Part shown: positions 39,420-54,498 of the stretch, in pieces
How positions within the stretch are numbered: position 1 is the stretch's first letter
Layout of the letters: each line of letters starts with the position of its first letter
DNA from: Eledone cirrhosa
Lineage: Eukaryota
Direction of reading: 5' to 3'
Length of the DNA: 64,000 nucleotides
Assembly: GCA_964016885.1 (NCBI GenBank)
Contig: OZ024743.1
Span: 255,936,001-256,000,000 of the forward strand
Notes under the pieces: model-generated
The model's database searches: none
What the model saw: the letters and a program-made list of their open reading frames with translations, nothing else
Told to the model about the DNA's origin: nothing
Made by a program: the position numbers and the translations under genes

Positions 39420-39675
39420 AGATTTAGGACCCCAATGGCTGAGCTCCAGCCATTTCGACAGCTATATCTGAACTCATATATATATATATCATCATCATCA
39501 CCATCATCATCATCGCTTAACGTCCATCTTCCATGCTAGCATGGGTTAGATGGTTTTGTTCCATTTGATGCAGGATTCATTGGGAGACCATGTCTCACTC
39601 ATACGGTAGTGTCTCTAGCAGGTTTTCTATGGCTGGATGCCCTTAGAAACAAAAGATAAACATTGATAAACTCAC

Positions 39676-39957
39676 AGGATTGATGCCATACGTGGCACAG
39701 ATTTGTTTCACTGCGGTCCATTCCAACTTCGGAATACTTGATGTCACAAATACTGGGTTGTATTCATTTGGTAGAGAGTTCAGACTCCGAAGCTGAAGTA
39801 CCTGTAAGTCTTGAAATAAGAATGGCCATCATTTATGACACTGGTATCCTTGCCACTGTGTCTGGATGACCAGTTTGGACTGATAGAGAATGTGTAGTTT
39901 ATATGCTTCTAGTTCTTGTCTCACCTGCTCACTTACAGAGTTCTTCTTGGTTTTCAT
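39676..39957 (-). pseudogene. Probable exon of an unconventional (Dachs-like) myosin: IQ motif and tail, one in-frame TGA
   Basis: Bounded by CAG and GTGAG; 282 nt; reads ...SEQVRQELEAYKLHILYQSKLVIQTQWQGYQCHK*WP...WTAVKQICATYGINP. Dachs assignment is from recalled similarity only. Confidence 0.5.
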
Positions 39958-39961
39958 CTGT

Positions 39962-40006
<45 letters not shown>

Positions 40007-40211
40007 TTCTTATTCTATTTTTTAATTCATATGTATCACATCCGCAACAATGCAGCATGCCATTTTCATTCTTATATATATATATATATTTTTTTTTCTT
40101 TTCCCATTATTTTTGTCTTGATTTTTCCATTGTCTTTATCTTGTACATCCTCCTTACTCTGTTTTTAATACCCATATTATATGGCTTTTGGCTATGCAAG
40201 TCAATATAACA

Positions 40212-40252
<41 letters not shown>

Positions 40253-40809
40253 TTATACATACAAACACATCCATATAATATAGTGCATTATGTGTTATAG
40301 AAGATATTTTTAAAGAATTTACAGAACTAAGAAAAATATTTTTTCCTTTATAATTAAGAAAAGTTGACATCATGTTTAATGACACTGCTACGCTAGTAGA
40401 CAAGCGCATCAATTTTAATATATAGAAAGTAGTTGTTTGATTTTTCTTTTGTAACTTTACTGGATTTGCAGTATTGGCAGAATCCTTAGAGAATCAGACA
40501 AAATGCATTGCAGCATTTAGTTAGGACCCTTTACAATGAGAGTTCAAACAAATTTTGCTGAGGTGAACTTTCTCTTTCATTATTCCAGGGTTGATAACAG
40601 AAAGTAACAGTTGAGTACTGGGATTGATATGATTAACTTTCTTCATCATACAAATGTTTGGCCTTGTCTTTCAATTAGGAATTATTTTATTGGTTTCAAG
40701 GTACGTTAAGGATAGGTAGCTTCATTAGTTCAAGAAAAGGATTAATTGCTTGTTTTCTTTACATTTCCTGAACTTTTATTCATTAACAAATGATTCACAT
40801 TCTATGTGC

Positions 40810-40846
<37 letters not shown>

Positions 40847-40916
40847 GCATCAATTTTTTTATGATCTGTTTTACTACACATACATACACATATATATGCA
40901 TAGATGTATGTATACA

Positions 40917-40966
<50 letters not shown>

Positions 40967-41589
40967 AACATGTACATATACATAGATGTGAGTTTGTGTA
41001 TGTGTGTTTGTGTGTGTATAAATATATATATACACACATATATATCATAATGCGGACATAAATTATTGAATGATGTCAATGTGTCAGTCGCAATAAGATT
41101 TAAAAGACTTTACTATGTAACTTCAGCTAATTAATGAATTGTGTACATGTGAGTAGTGGTGAGGTGGTGGTGGCAATCGAGCAAATTTATTGCCCCAATT
41201 TAAAAATCTTGTTATGGTGAACTTAGCTTTATTATGTCCCCCCTAAATTAATTAAATATGTAACACAATGCAATGCTTTATGAACTACATATTCTTGTTT
41301 GGCACCTCCCAATTAATCATTAATCAAAATAAGAAAATGATTCGGGCCTCAGATAAAGAGGTACCACTTAAAGATGGTTCCAGTTCATTATATGAGTGCT
41401 TAGGGCCTTTAAAGGCCATAATCAAACCCTGGTTTTGGTAGTCGTTTGTTTCTTAAAAATGCATCAATACATAAGAGATGTAATTGGATAGCAGGCAGGC
41501 TAAAAAAAAAGAAGACTTTCTATGTAACAAATGTTCAGTGATAGTTAGTTGTATATACATCAGCAAAATATTTTTTTTCCAATCCCAGG

Positions 41590-42280
41590 AAGGCTCCATA
41601 GAAGAGTTTGATAGCTTCTGTTACCTGGGTGACATAATTTTCTGTGGAGTATAGTAGTTACAATAAGAATAGGATGGAACAATCCAAGGAGCTACTACTT
41701 CTGTTTACAAGAGACTTCTCTCTATGAATGAGAGGATGGTTTTATGATGCATATGTGTGCTGTGTCATGCTGTAACATATTGAGACATGGACATTGAATG
41801 CAGATGATATGCAAAAACTGTAAAGAAATGAAGTCAGCATGTTTTGATGGATGTGCAATATTAATGTGTATAAATGCCAAAACAAAGAATCTAAGAGAAA
41901 AAAAACTGAGTATAGAAGCAATCAAACATAGTGAGCAGGAAAAGCAAACTGCACTGGTATGTACATGTGTTGCCTATGGATGATGATCACTGGGTGAAAA
42001 AGTGCTAGGAAATCCCAGAAGAAGAAAGCCATAATAGAGAAAGAGGTGGGCAAAGCTGGTGAGAGCTGTGTAATTCCGGCAGCCATGTGCATCTAATGGT
42101 CATATATGTGAAGATTAGAATAGGTACACTGTATTCATGTCTGCCATAAGAAGCAACTAAAAGGGCCGGTCTTAGGAAGAGCATTTGGCTGTTAAACATT
42201 GTTTCAAAACGTCCTGTCTAATTCTTGCCAGCATGGAAAAGTTGACATAAAGTGAGGATGATGTTGATAGTGATGATGAT
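41590..42280 (+). mobile_element. Old, heavily decayed RTE LINE 3' part
   Basis: Residual similarity to the younger RTE copies; ends gccagcatggaaaa...gatgatgat. Confidence 0.55.
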
Positions 42281-44326
42281 TTGTATTCATTTATCACAGT
42301 GAATTTTAACAAGGAATACATTTTAATCCACTGTGGTTCACCATTTACATTGCAGGGCATAAATATACCATACTTGACAATTGATAATATACATCTGCTT
42401 GTCAAAATTTAGAAGTATGAGTCTAATCTGGTCTCCTAACACCTCAATCTAGGAGGGCAGCAAAGAAACAAATTTAATCGAATGATATATTTTTAACAAC
42501 TTTGACTATGGAAAACAATGAAAGACAAATTAGACATTACTATCATAATAAATCAATATAGCAGATTTCATTATTTTTCATGACTGTACGCTCCTTTTTA
42601 TCAAGAAGGGGTCAGGGGAGAACTTGTGACTTTATAATTATAATTTTAAGGGTAAGAATTTTATTAATCATCATATTATATTAATTAAATATATTCTTTC
42701 TAACATTGATGTAAGGGCAACAACTTGGAGGAAGTATTAAGTCAGTTATATTGACCTCAGTTATTTACTGGCATTTTATTTTATTTACCCCAGAAGGATG
42801 AAAGGCAAAGTTGAAATCATTGGGATTTGAAATCATAATGTATGATGTAAAGCATTTTGTTCCATACTCTACCAATACTACGAATCGCCTGCCCTATCAA
42901 GTAAGTAAATTAGAATCAACCTTGTACATTTATTGTTTGTGTGTGTGTATATGTAAATATTGAAAATGTGAATATATTACCAGGCCCAATGGTTTTTATT
43001 TAAATGTTATAGATGGAAAACAGAAAAAAAACAAAATTTTACAAATAATATAAATGATAATTAAATATGTAAATATAGAAAATGTAAATATGTTGGAAGT
43101 TTAAATAGTCTGTATTTAAACACAATATATGAAACAAACAGAAAAGCACCTTGTTTTTATGAAAAAATATCAATGTTGAATTCAATTATTCAACTTCTAT
43201 CTCTATATCAATTTTGAATATTGCACGCTTCTATTTCTTTTTATAATTTGGGTTCCTTGCTACTTTAAAATAGTAATTTTTGAAAGTAAAAATCCTATTG
43301 AATATTATATTATATTATCAACTAACTAAATAAGGACAACCTACAGTAAATCCTTATACACACACATATATGTTTTTAACCATTGATTTTCAAAAATTGT
43401 ACTATAGACAATATATCATCATCATCATCATCATTTCATTTTACGTCCACTTTTCGCTGCTTGCAAGGGTGGGACGGGAACTGATTCTGGCTTGATTTTT
43501 ACCACTGGATGCCCTTCCTAACACCAACCTCATTTACAGTGAGTGCTGGGTGCTTTTTTGCCATGGCACCTCCACGACCACTTTGCAGTGGAATGATAGG
43601 GACCCCAGTCCCTATCATCTCATTTCTACAGCTGAGTAAACTGGAGCAATGTGAAATAAAGTGCCTTGCTCAAGGAAACAACACATCGCCCGGTCTGAGA
43701 ATTGAACTCACAACCTTTCGATTGCAAGGCCAATGCTCTAACCACTAAGCCATGTGCCTCCATATATATATGTAATACAGTAATACAGAGTACCCGACCT
43801 CCCATGGGTACAAGCTGAAGCATATAGACAATATGCCCCCACACCCCCCACCGCGAGGTGGTCGTGGAGGTGCCATGGCAAAAAAGCACCCAGCCCACAC
43901 TGTAAAGTGGATGTGTAGGCGCCACGAAAAAGCACCCAGCACTCACTGTAAATGAGGTTGGTGTTAGGAAGGGCTTCCAGCTGTAGAAATGAAGCCAAAT
44001 CAGTTCCTGTATGAGCAAGGCATGGTCAGCCGACCAGACACTGCCCACAACAGGACAACCCGTCTAACCCATGCTAGCGTGGAAGACCGGACGTAAAACG
44101 GTGATGATGATATATTTTTTTTTTTCTCAACCTGTTAGTTCTTTCGTTACTTTCGTTACTGGTATTGTGTGTTGAATTTTGCCTGCCACAATGTTCAATG
44201 TGTCAAGCTATTTAAACGTATGTTATTACTCCAACGACCTACCTTGTCAAGTGCTTTGCTAACTCATTCATATAGTAGGCCGAATTTGCTTGCACACCGC
44301 CAGAGATTCAATTTTACTAAGTATCC

Positions 44327-44357
<31 letters not shown>

Positions 44358-44360
<3 letters not shown>

Positions 44361-46605
44361 CGTTTCTGAATTTGTTTAGCAAGATTCTTTATCTGAAATC
44401 GTGTGTTGAAACCGATATTGTTACACTTTGGGAGGGTCATGTTGCCAATAAGAAACACACGCACCAGTTGCTTTCACTTCAATTTATTATATATTTATAA
44501 ATTTACAAATTTATAAATTTCTGGTTGGTTGGTTGGTTCCACAACCAGATAGTTGTTTATATATAGTCATAGTTCTTTCGTCACACACTCTGTGACCTCT
44601 TCAGTGACTGGGGATTCCTTTCTTTGTTTCTGTGCCTCTCCTTTGTTCTGTCCTACGCCATTTTGTTTCTGTGTGTTTGTTGTGTGCTCAGTCTGCGCAT
44701 GCGCCACATCCGGGTGTCTGTGTGTGTTTATGTTCATTTATGTATTTGTTTATTTACATGTTACTGGTTGGTTGTTTGTTCTATGTGTGTGTGTGTTTTC
44801 ATTTTGTCCTTAATTGTAAGTTGTGATGTTGCTGTTCCACTCATATTTTCTATTTAATTTTGGTTGTAATTCTTTTATGTTTATTGCCTCTGTAATTTGT
44901 CTAAACATTGCGTCTTTTCTGTGTGTAGATTCTATTTTTATTTCTAATTCTCTAATTTACCCTTGTGTTCTATCTTAGCATGTTGGTAGAGTACAGATGA
45001 TTCTTTATTATCTTGAAGGTCTCGCCAGTGTTCATTTATCCGTTCCCCTACAATACGAGCTGTCTCACCTATGTATACTATATTTTTGACTCTACATTGT
45101 CCTTCAGTACATCTTATGCTATACACTACATTTCTAGTTTTACAGTTAATATGGGGGCTTATTTTACAGGTTACACATTTCTTATCTATATATGAGGGTC
45201 TTTGAAAAGGGTATGTCTTGCTAATAAGTGTTTTTACGGAGGTACCTGGTCTTTCTACTATCTTAATATTGAGTTTATGTTTATTTAGGGCCCTTCTAAA
45301 TTTGTAAGCTAGTTCACCTCTAGGGGTTGTATCGATGAACATTACACTCTGGTATTTATTGCTATCATACCATGAGTTTATTCTATTAGCCTTGTTCCTA
45401 GTTCTTTCTATTCTATTCCAAAATTTGCTCCTATACAAGGGGCAGGTCCCATATATGTCATTATTTACCATTTTTTCCCATTTGGTTCTGGCTCCTCTAT
45501 ACACTCTGATTCTATCTCTCTGATTGTAGCCAGAGAACTGCATACGGTGGATGAAGTGTTGTATGTGTCTCTCTAGTTCTTCGGGGTTTCACATGCGGGA
45601 CACATTTCTCATCACCCGTACCAAATCCGCAATCAGTATGTTGATTTTGGTATGGTCCGAAATGGCCGAGTTTCGGTGGATCAGATGTTTGGAGGTCATG
45701 GGTTTGGCATAATGGGAATGGAGGATTTGTTTTTTGTTGTTAATGGTATCTAACCAGAGCTCTGTGTCTAGTACAGGTAATCGATGGTTGGGGTGTTTAC
45801 TTGGGTAGTCTATAGTAACTCTAATGCTCTGGTGGATGGAGTTTGCTATTTGCTGGATGCTTTCCATTGTGTTTTTCTCTAGTTCCTGACTGTTCTCTAG
45901 TGGGGGTGTCTTAACTACGATGTTTATATCATCTACGTAGCGGGAGTACATTATCAGGGTTAGGGGGTCTTCTAATTGTTCTTTAAGTTTAAGTTTAAGT
46001 CTACTGTCCAACCATACCATGAATAAGTTAGCTATGTCGCCTGCAATGCTAACACCAATGGCTGCTCCTTCCTCTTGGGCATATGTTTTTCCATTAAATT
46101 TGAACATATGTTCCCTAAGGGTTAGTTTTATGCTGGCCCCTACCGCATGTGCAATCATTTTCTTCAGTTCATCGTGGTTTTCGGGTGTCCGTATGGCTCT
46201 GGTCCACCCGTTCCATCTATCTGTGTTGGTGTTCTTGGCCATTGAGGTAATGGTAGGTGGTCTGCCTCTTGCTGGTCTTGTAGGGCACAGGTTGCTAAGG
46301 TCATAAGTGTCTAGGTAACTATTACTATAGGTAAGCTTAAGTAGGAGTCCCAGCTCACTGGTATCAATCCCACGGAACTCAACCTTGCTCTCGCTGATCA
46401 TTTCTACGCATTTCTCCACAGCAAAATCCACGTCAATAGATGGATACAGGGACAAAACATCCATACTGCCTATTATGCAGTTTGTTAGGTCCCCAGATCA
46501 GTTACTCACGCCGATTCTGCTGAGGAGGTCCTCCGTGCTGTCAAATACATCTGGGGACATTTCAATGATGGGGCGTATGATCAGGGAGAGGAAGTAGGAC
46601 AGTAC
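44358..46605 (-). mobile_element. 5'-truncated PLE of a second clade (YVDD RT + GIY-YIG)
   Basis: MDVLSLYPSI, GAAIGVSIAGDIANLFM, RYVDDI, LPVLD (45589-46464); NVVY...YIGETAR (44944-45543); 3' UTR with hammerhead. Confidence 0.88.
44565..44609 (-). ncRNA. Type I hammerhead ribozyme
   Basis: agtca-CTGAAGA-ggtcac agagtgt gtgac-GAAA-gaact-a-tgact. Confidence 0.82.
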
Positions 46606-48143
46606 TTAACTGGTATCGACCTGGAATGGATGAAAGGCAAAGTTGACTTCAGAGTGATTTGAACTTAGTGAGCAGAGAGCCGAAACAAATACCACATAGC
46701 ATTCCATTTCATGTTCTAGCAATTCTGCCAATTCATGCCTACACACACACACACAGGCACATACACACAAACACAAACACAAACAGACACACACACATAT
46801 ATATATATATATCAATGTTGATTAGTTGGCCATTTATGAAAGCTGAATTGATTCCTGGTTCCAAAAATATCATTATGTAACTTCCCGACTCATTGATCTG
46901 TCGTCTAACGAAGTATTTAATCTATTTATATATCACCAATCACCATTAGCATCAACACAATGAAACTTTTAGAATAATAAGGAATGAGGATTACCATTTA
47001 TCTAATTATTGATAAATGACATCGTAGTGTTTCAAAGAGGATTGTCTTTCATTTCATGTTCAATATAAGATTCAATTCTTAGTCCTGACACATTTGATAT
47101 GATAAATGTATTCCATAGGTCACAGTGGATCAGAGAGCAGGTACTCATTCTCTCTCATCTCACACTCAACACGATTCCGGTCTTCCACTGTTAAATGTAG
47201 ATCATATATATATAAACATATAGATATATGCATACATATACATATATATATATATATATTGTATATATATATATATATATATATATTGTATATGTGTATG
47301 CATATATCTATCTATATATATATAAGCATTTAGAGAGAAGTACACATAGAGATATATATTTTGGTCTACTCACACCACCATGGGCAATAAAATGCACATG
47401 TATTCTCCACTTATATCAGCATATCCGGGTGTTATAGTTATAATTGAATGGTTAGTACACATTAATATATTCTTTTAATTGATTTATATTCACTATTCCT
47501 TTCGTGGTAAATATGTTTGTCCCTTTGGTGGTTTTTGAACGCCTATAATTGAATACATATCACTATGTGTACTTCTCTCAATATGCTGATTGCAAAAGAG
47601 CCTGGAATCTATTTCTTGAGCTTATTAAATTATGGGGGATAAACGAGAGTTTTTAACGCTATTTATTAATTTTAAATATATATATATATCATCATCATTT
47701 CATTTTACATCCGCTTTTTCCCTGCTTGCAAGGGTGGGACGGGAACTGATTCTGGCTTGATTTCTACAGCTGGATGCCCTTCCTAACACCAACCTCATTT
47801 ACAGTGAGTGCTGGGTGCTTTTTTCCGTGGCGCCTACACGACCACGTTGCAGTGGAATGATATGGACCCCAGTCCCTATCATCTCATTTCTACAGCTGAG
47901 TAAACTGGAGCAATGTGAAATAAAGTGTCTTGCTCAAGGAAACAACACATCACCCGGTCTGAGAATTGAACTCACAACCTTTCGATTGCAAGGCCAATGC
48001 TCTAACCACTAAGCCATGTGCTTCCATATATATATATTACTCTTTTACTCTTTTACCTGTTCCAGCCATCTGGCTGAGGCCATGCTGGAGCACCGCCCTT
48101 ATATATATATTATTATATTATATATACATATTTAATATAGAAA

Positions 48144-48194
48144 AGCTTCTACACGACTAGAACTGTTTCATTCATGAGAAATCATCAGGAAGCT
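48144..48194 (-). ncRNA. Type I hammerhead ribozyme (family of 27169-27219)
   Basis: agcttc-CTGATGA-tttc tcat gaat-GAAA-cagttctagtcgtgt-a-gaagct; within a repeat at ~48132-48480. Confidence 0.78.
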
Positions 48195-48514
48195 GACTGT
48201 GCAAGTAATATGGTGGTATTTATATCTGTTCTGGTGGTAGGAGAGGGTGTTGATGGGTTTAAAGAGAAGGGAATTCTTTAAAAGCTACTTCTTTAAAAGA
48301 TATATTTAGAGTAACAAAGGCAGAAAGAATTCTATAAACAAGTTCAAACTGGGGTACCACTCCTATTTTTAAGGTTCTCTTAAGCTAACAATGCCTATAA
48401 TTCAGGTGTCTACAAGCACATTCACGCATACACACACATATAAAGCCCTTACTCCCACACACTCACAAAAACACATACGCTTATACCCATATATATATAT
48501 ATATATATATATAC

Positions 48515-48922
48515 TGATTAATGTTCAGAGCCATCTCAGCATTCTCGTGTAGCACTCATCCACCATCTGAGTGAGTTTCTTTGTCAGTGTCCAAGTCTCA
48601 GATCCGTACAGCAGCACAAACTCCACTACAGCAATGAAGAGGCGGATTTTCAGGTGTTTACAAAAGTCAGCTCAAATGTGACACAGAGGAGACTGAGGTT
48701 AGCTGGACATGCTTACTGACATCCAGAGTTGACATTGCACTAAGTGCTCCTCTGGGAGCCCCTACATGGGCACACTGGAAGAGGAAGACCAAGGTTAACG
48801 TATGTTGATGCCCTAAGGACAGATACTCGTCTGTTGGAGACGCAGGGCATGGCAGCGATAATGAGGGACAGAGACCGCTGGAGAGAACTCGTCCATGGAT
48901 CTCGGAAATTTACCAGCCCTAG

Positions 48923-48925
<3 letters not shown>
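48515..48925. mobile_element. LINE (RTE-like) 3' fragment, possibly with a 5' inversion
   Basis: Plus strand [27 protein letters not shown]; 48530-48670 appears to encode KIRLFIAVVEFVLLYGSETW on the minus strand. Confidence 0.6.
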
Positions 48926-48965
<40 letters not shown>

Positions 48966-48975
48966 CTATACATAC

Positions 48976-49124
<149 letters not shown>

Positions 49125-49139
49125 AATATATATATACTA

Positions 49140-50549
49140 CCAGTTTAGCCCGTTTACATACAGGTAAACCTGGCTTGAAAGCGAATAAGCTTATCAATTA
49201 AGTGCATAAAGCAGTTGTAATGGTTATTAAAAGTTACGAACCAATTAGCATTTTGGACAGTCAATGATGGGTTAATAATCTTCCAATAGCGATTTAGCAG
49301 ACCAAAGTTGCAAGATGGTGGCCCTGATGCCGCTGGGTCTGAGATCTGTCCACCATGGGTGACCCTACCAGGAAATAGTTTTCCAGACGGCATAGCTCCA
49401 ACACCTCCAACACCTGCACCAACATCTATAGCACCTCTTTGTAGACGATATTGTCTGTCATCCCTTGAGGAGTGTAAGCAAAAAAGTCCATTCCTGCTCC
49501 CGACGCGGGAACAGGCGACATAAAGTTGGCCATGGGAGAAGCATGGCTCCCCCAAATGGATGCCCGCCACTGAAAATGTCTGCCCTTGTGACTTGTTAAT
49601 GGACATGGCAAAACATGGTCTCACCGGGAATTGGGATCGCCAGAAATCGAACGGGATATCTAACGCCGAGGGGAAAATGTTCATCCTTGGCAGTGTATTC
49701 GGCAGAATTGCCAGAAGCACAACACTATCGGTGTTGTCATATTAATATTTAACCAATGAAAGTCGTAAAAAATAAATAATTTAAACATTCCGATTCATAT
49801 GTCTATAGCATTAATCTGTTATATGAAGTGTTATTTTGCGGGTTTAAAATACCCCAGAAAAGCCGTATGTCAATACGGAACTCCAATGACTCACCCAGCA
49901 GTCAAATTATAGAGAGAGGGAATACTCTATTATAGAGAGAGGGAAGAGCGACGGAGAGAGTAAAGATAAGAAACTATAGGAAGGTGTGTAAAACAGTGTT
50001 GTCATATAGAGAGTGAAGAGCGACAGAGAGAGTAAAGTAGTTAAATTATAGAGAGCAGGAATAATCTATTATAGAGAGAGGGAAGAGCGACGGAGAGAGT
50101 AAATCTATGAAATGATAGGGAGGTGTGTTAAAACTCAAAGCTTGAAGAGAGTAAAGCAGTTATATTATAGAGAGGAGGAATGATCTATTATAGAGAGAGG
50201 GGAGAGCAACGGAGTTAGCGTTATGACTATGTTTCTTGTTGTATAAAATGATGTGTTGCTTAGTTAGTCAAAGTTTATGTCGCGTTCCTGAACGAAGTTT
50301 TCTCGCTGTTTGGTAGTAGAGAGAGTGATTAAGCGTGTAAGAGAGAGGGTTACAGGATGTATTTAGTTTTATCGATTTTTTTCATAGAAGCAGGGAATTT
50401 TTAGCTAAGTTTATTACGCGTTGACCATCGTTGTTAAATTTGGAGCACATTAGAAAATAAAACATCAATACCGGTAGAGAAATGTGGAAATGCATAAAAA
50501 TCATACACACACAAACAGACATACATCTTCCGTTTTATTTATATAGAGA
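49140..50549 (-). mobile_element. Internally deleted Helitron with PIF1-like helicase C-terminal remnant
   Basis: QFPVRPCFAMSINKSQGQT...FSHGQLYVACSRV; 5' TCTCTATATAAATAAAAC; 3' CTGG followed by T; imperfect ~125-bp tandem repeats at 49900-50215. Confidence 0.85.
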
Positions 50550-50618
50550 AGTAAACCCATGCTAGCGTGGAAGATGGATTTTAAACGGTGATGATGATGA
50601 TGATGATGATATATATAG

Positions 50619-50698
50619 AAGTGGTAACACAACAGTTAGTTCACCATACGGAGAACAATTGTTCTCGGTATGGTGAACTAACTGTTGTGTTACCACTT
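50619..50698. repeat. Near-perfect ~40-bp-arm hairpin followed by a ~65-bp tail
   Basis: aagtggtaacacaacagttagttcaccatac...gtatggtgaactaactgttgtgttaccactt. Confidence 0.85.
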
Positions 50699-51301
50699 TT
50701 ACCTAACTGGCCCTAAGGACTGACTGCTCTACCACTACAGATATTACCTTCCAGTGTTCTACCTCTCTCTCTCTCTATATATATATATATACATATACAC
50801 ACACATACATATACATACACATACACACACAAACACATACATACACACATACATATAAATACACATATACATACATATACACATGCATATACATGCATAG
50901 ATATACACACGTATACATAAATATACTTTACATACATATATACACTTACATACATATACATACATATGCACACATATATACATATATATACACATACACA
51001 TATATATATATATACATACATATACACACATACATACATATATATACGCATACACACACACACATATATATATATATACATACATATACACACACACATA
51101 TATATATATATACATATATATATACACCCACACACACATACACACACATATATATATACATATGTATACATACATGCATACACACACATGATGTATACAC
51201 ATACATAGACAAGCACACACATACATACATATATATAATGATGATGATGATGATGCGATATATATATATATATATATATACATATATATATACATATACA
51301 T

Positions 51302-51379
<78 letters not shown>

Positions 51380-51424
51380 CAAAATGAAAATCCGAAGGCA
51401 AGGTAAAATTTCCAGTCATTGTAA

Positions 51425-51498
51425 TCACGACACATGTTTCAATAAGAGATAGATCGATCATGAAGCCATGATCGATTATCACTGATCTCGTCAGGTAA
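51425..51498 (-). ncRNA. Type I hammerhead ribozyme with extended stem II
   Basis: ttac-CTGACGA-gat...atcgatcatg gctt catgatcgat...att-GAAA-catgtgt-C-gtga; GUC triplet. Confidence 0.72.
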
Positions 51499-52522
51499 AA
51501 ATGAATTGTCTTCAAATTCTTGATATGAGGGAAAAAATTAGCAATGTTCACTCACAGAGTTTATTCCCTCATATGAAGATCAAGCAGTCAAAATACGGCG
51601 ACTGCTATCATCTTCAGTTAAGGTAATAAAGCTATCAAGTTTCTATATCCCAATAGCTGCAAAAGACACTGGACATCAATCAAATCTGTAGAATTACAGT
51701 CGGTCACAGTTAATGTGAGTGGGTACACACACACTCAACACCCACACACACCAACTCGAGGTCAAAGAGAAAAAAAAAAATATTTATAAAGAGAGAGAGA
51801 GAGAGAAAACAGTGTTTGTTTGAACGCTACAATGGGAATTGGGTGGTAAATGCTCCACATAAGATGGTAACAATGATTTCAGGATGTTACCTTGCAATTC
51901 TTTAGGGGGATAATATCTCTTTAGCAAATTATTTAAAGAAGAAATTAGTTTGGGGCGTTAAATTTTTTTTGTTCTTAAACAACCACTTCTTTAGTTTTGA
52001 AAGTGTTTTATTTCATTTTTGAACAATGAAAATGGGGAAAGGATCATGTGGTATGTCTACTGTTGTATCATTTTAACAATGAAATGAGGTGTGGTCCTGT
52101 GGGATTAATTTAATGCTATGGATTGAGTACTTAGGGTTAAATTGTAGTCATTTAATGGGATCACATAACAAATATATATATATCTGTATAAGATAATAAG
52201 ATATTGTTTAAGGTAATCCAAGTAGAGGTTATGGTCGGGTATTGACTGTAATTAAAATCGAGTGACGTGACTTCCAACGATCAACGATTTTTAGACAAAC
52301 CAGACTAATGAAATAATTGTTAATACTTTCAATAAACCCTATTGTATGGAAGTTACGACAGGCAAATAGTGCCTTTTACTAAATATATATGTGTGTGCGT
52401 GTATTGATGAATCTCCATATATATCTCCATATATATTAGCAAATAAATAAATATATATTAGTAAACATAAATATATATACATAAACATAAATATATATTT
52501 GTGTGTGTGTATGTATATTTAT

Positions 52523-52597
<75 letters not shown>

Positions 52598-53200
52598 TAT
52601 ATACATATATATAAGGAAAAAAGATGAAATCGAAAATGCGTCTGGAGTCTTTTTTTAAATATTTATTTTGTTCATTTACCGGTTTCGCAGTTCTTGTGAT
52701 TTTCAAAAGTAGAATTGAGATGGAGGGTTTGTGGTTTTTCTTGCATATATCTTATATATATATATATAAAATATATATATACACACCTAGACACCTAGAC
52801 ACTCATACATACATGTATGCCTCCCCATACACACACATACCTTGAGTTTCTGCACAATTTCCATCTACCAAATTAAATGCACATCGTACTGATTCCCCCT
52901 CAAGTAATATAGAAGAGATTTTGCCCCCCAAATGACTTGCAGTTCAAGAATCCAAAGTGAATCGACAGAGTTGTAATACTATGCATTTAACAACTGCTGC
53001 ACAGCAATAAATGCACCCATTCAAAGCAGTTTTCAGATAACTCACTTAACGAGCATTGTTTACATTCTTATGCAAGTTTGATGATTTTGAATTTCCAAAA
53101 TTTCAAAGACTACAGGAAATAAATTCAATAAATTGAATGAAACTAAATGAAGAGATTGAGGAACTAAGTAAAGTGAAATATACTTTATAGAATACACTCA

Positions 53201-53277
<77 letters not shown>

Positions 53278-53349
53278 TGTGTGGTCCATGTGTATATACG
53301 CACAGGATATGTATCATCTCCTGTGTATGTATGTTTATATATATATATG

Positions 53350-53700
53350 TATAATTGCTTCTACATTTGGCAGAAGACCAGCAATTATCCCAGTGCATTA
53401 GTGGTGTTTATTTTATCGATCCCGTAAGGACAAAAAGCAAAGTTAACCTCAACGTGATTTGAACTCAGATTGTAAAGGGCCATAACTCCATGCTGCAAAG
53501 CATGGCGTCCGACCGTCAACCGATATTGTTAATCCAGGGTCGGACGCCATGCTTTGCAGCGTGGAGTTATGTCCCTTTACAATCTGAGTTCAAATCACGT
53601 TGAGGTTAACTTTGCTTTTTGTCCTTACGGGATCGATAAAATAAACACCACTAATGCACTGGGATAATTGCTGGTCTTGTGCCAAAGTAGAAACAATTAT
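53350..53700. mobile_element. Head-to-head inverted pair of Nin-type SINE copies, with flank also inverted
   Basis: ~53310-53514 is inverted at 53538-53735. Confidence 0.8.
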
Positions 53701-53741
53701 ATATATATATAACCATACATACACAGGAGATGACACATATA

Positions 53742-53819
<78 letters not shown>

Positions 53820-53857
53820 GGCGTAGAAAATACAATGAAACGGGAGGAAACAATAGC

Positions 53858-53899
53858 ACCACTGACGATGTTGCAGATGTGCAACGAAAGAACTTTGAT
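53858..53899 (+). ncRNA. Type I hammerhead ribozyme (related to 44565-44609)
   Basis: acca-CTGACGA-tgttgca gatg tgcaac-GAAA-gaact-t-tgat. Confidence 0.7.
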
Positions 53900-54100
53900 A
53901 GACTATATATATGTGTTTGTGTCTATATTGTATCTGTATTATTTTTTACCGTTGGTCAGTCAATGGCAACATTGAGGACCGAATAAATTAGATTACCGAT
54001 AGAAAAGACACACAAGCGAAAAGTGAAAACCAACCAAACAGTGAGTGTGTTCTGTTATTAATTCTGGCAATATTACACAAATATGACCCTCCCCAAGTAT

Positions 54101-54175
<75 letters not shown>

Positions 54176-54498
54176 TATGTATACGTACATACATATATGT
54201 ATACAGACGTACAGTAGTATGTATATATATATATATATGTACATACATGCACACATATACATATGCACGTATGGATTCACCGAACATTCATTATAATGCT
54301 CGATGTGTTTGTAAACAAACATCTCGAATTAAGCCGTACTAAGAGTGAAAAATGAAATTTCATTTCATTTTTTCCGTTTATCGTTTTCGGTACCGCGGCC
54401 GATTGACTCACTCGATATGGAAATTAGGCTGCTCGGCCGTTAATATGCATAAGGAAAGTTTATACTTTCAGATCTTCAACCATCTGGCAGGAAGGTAT

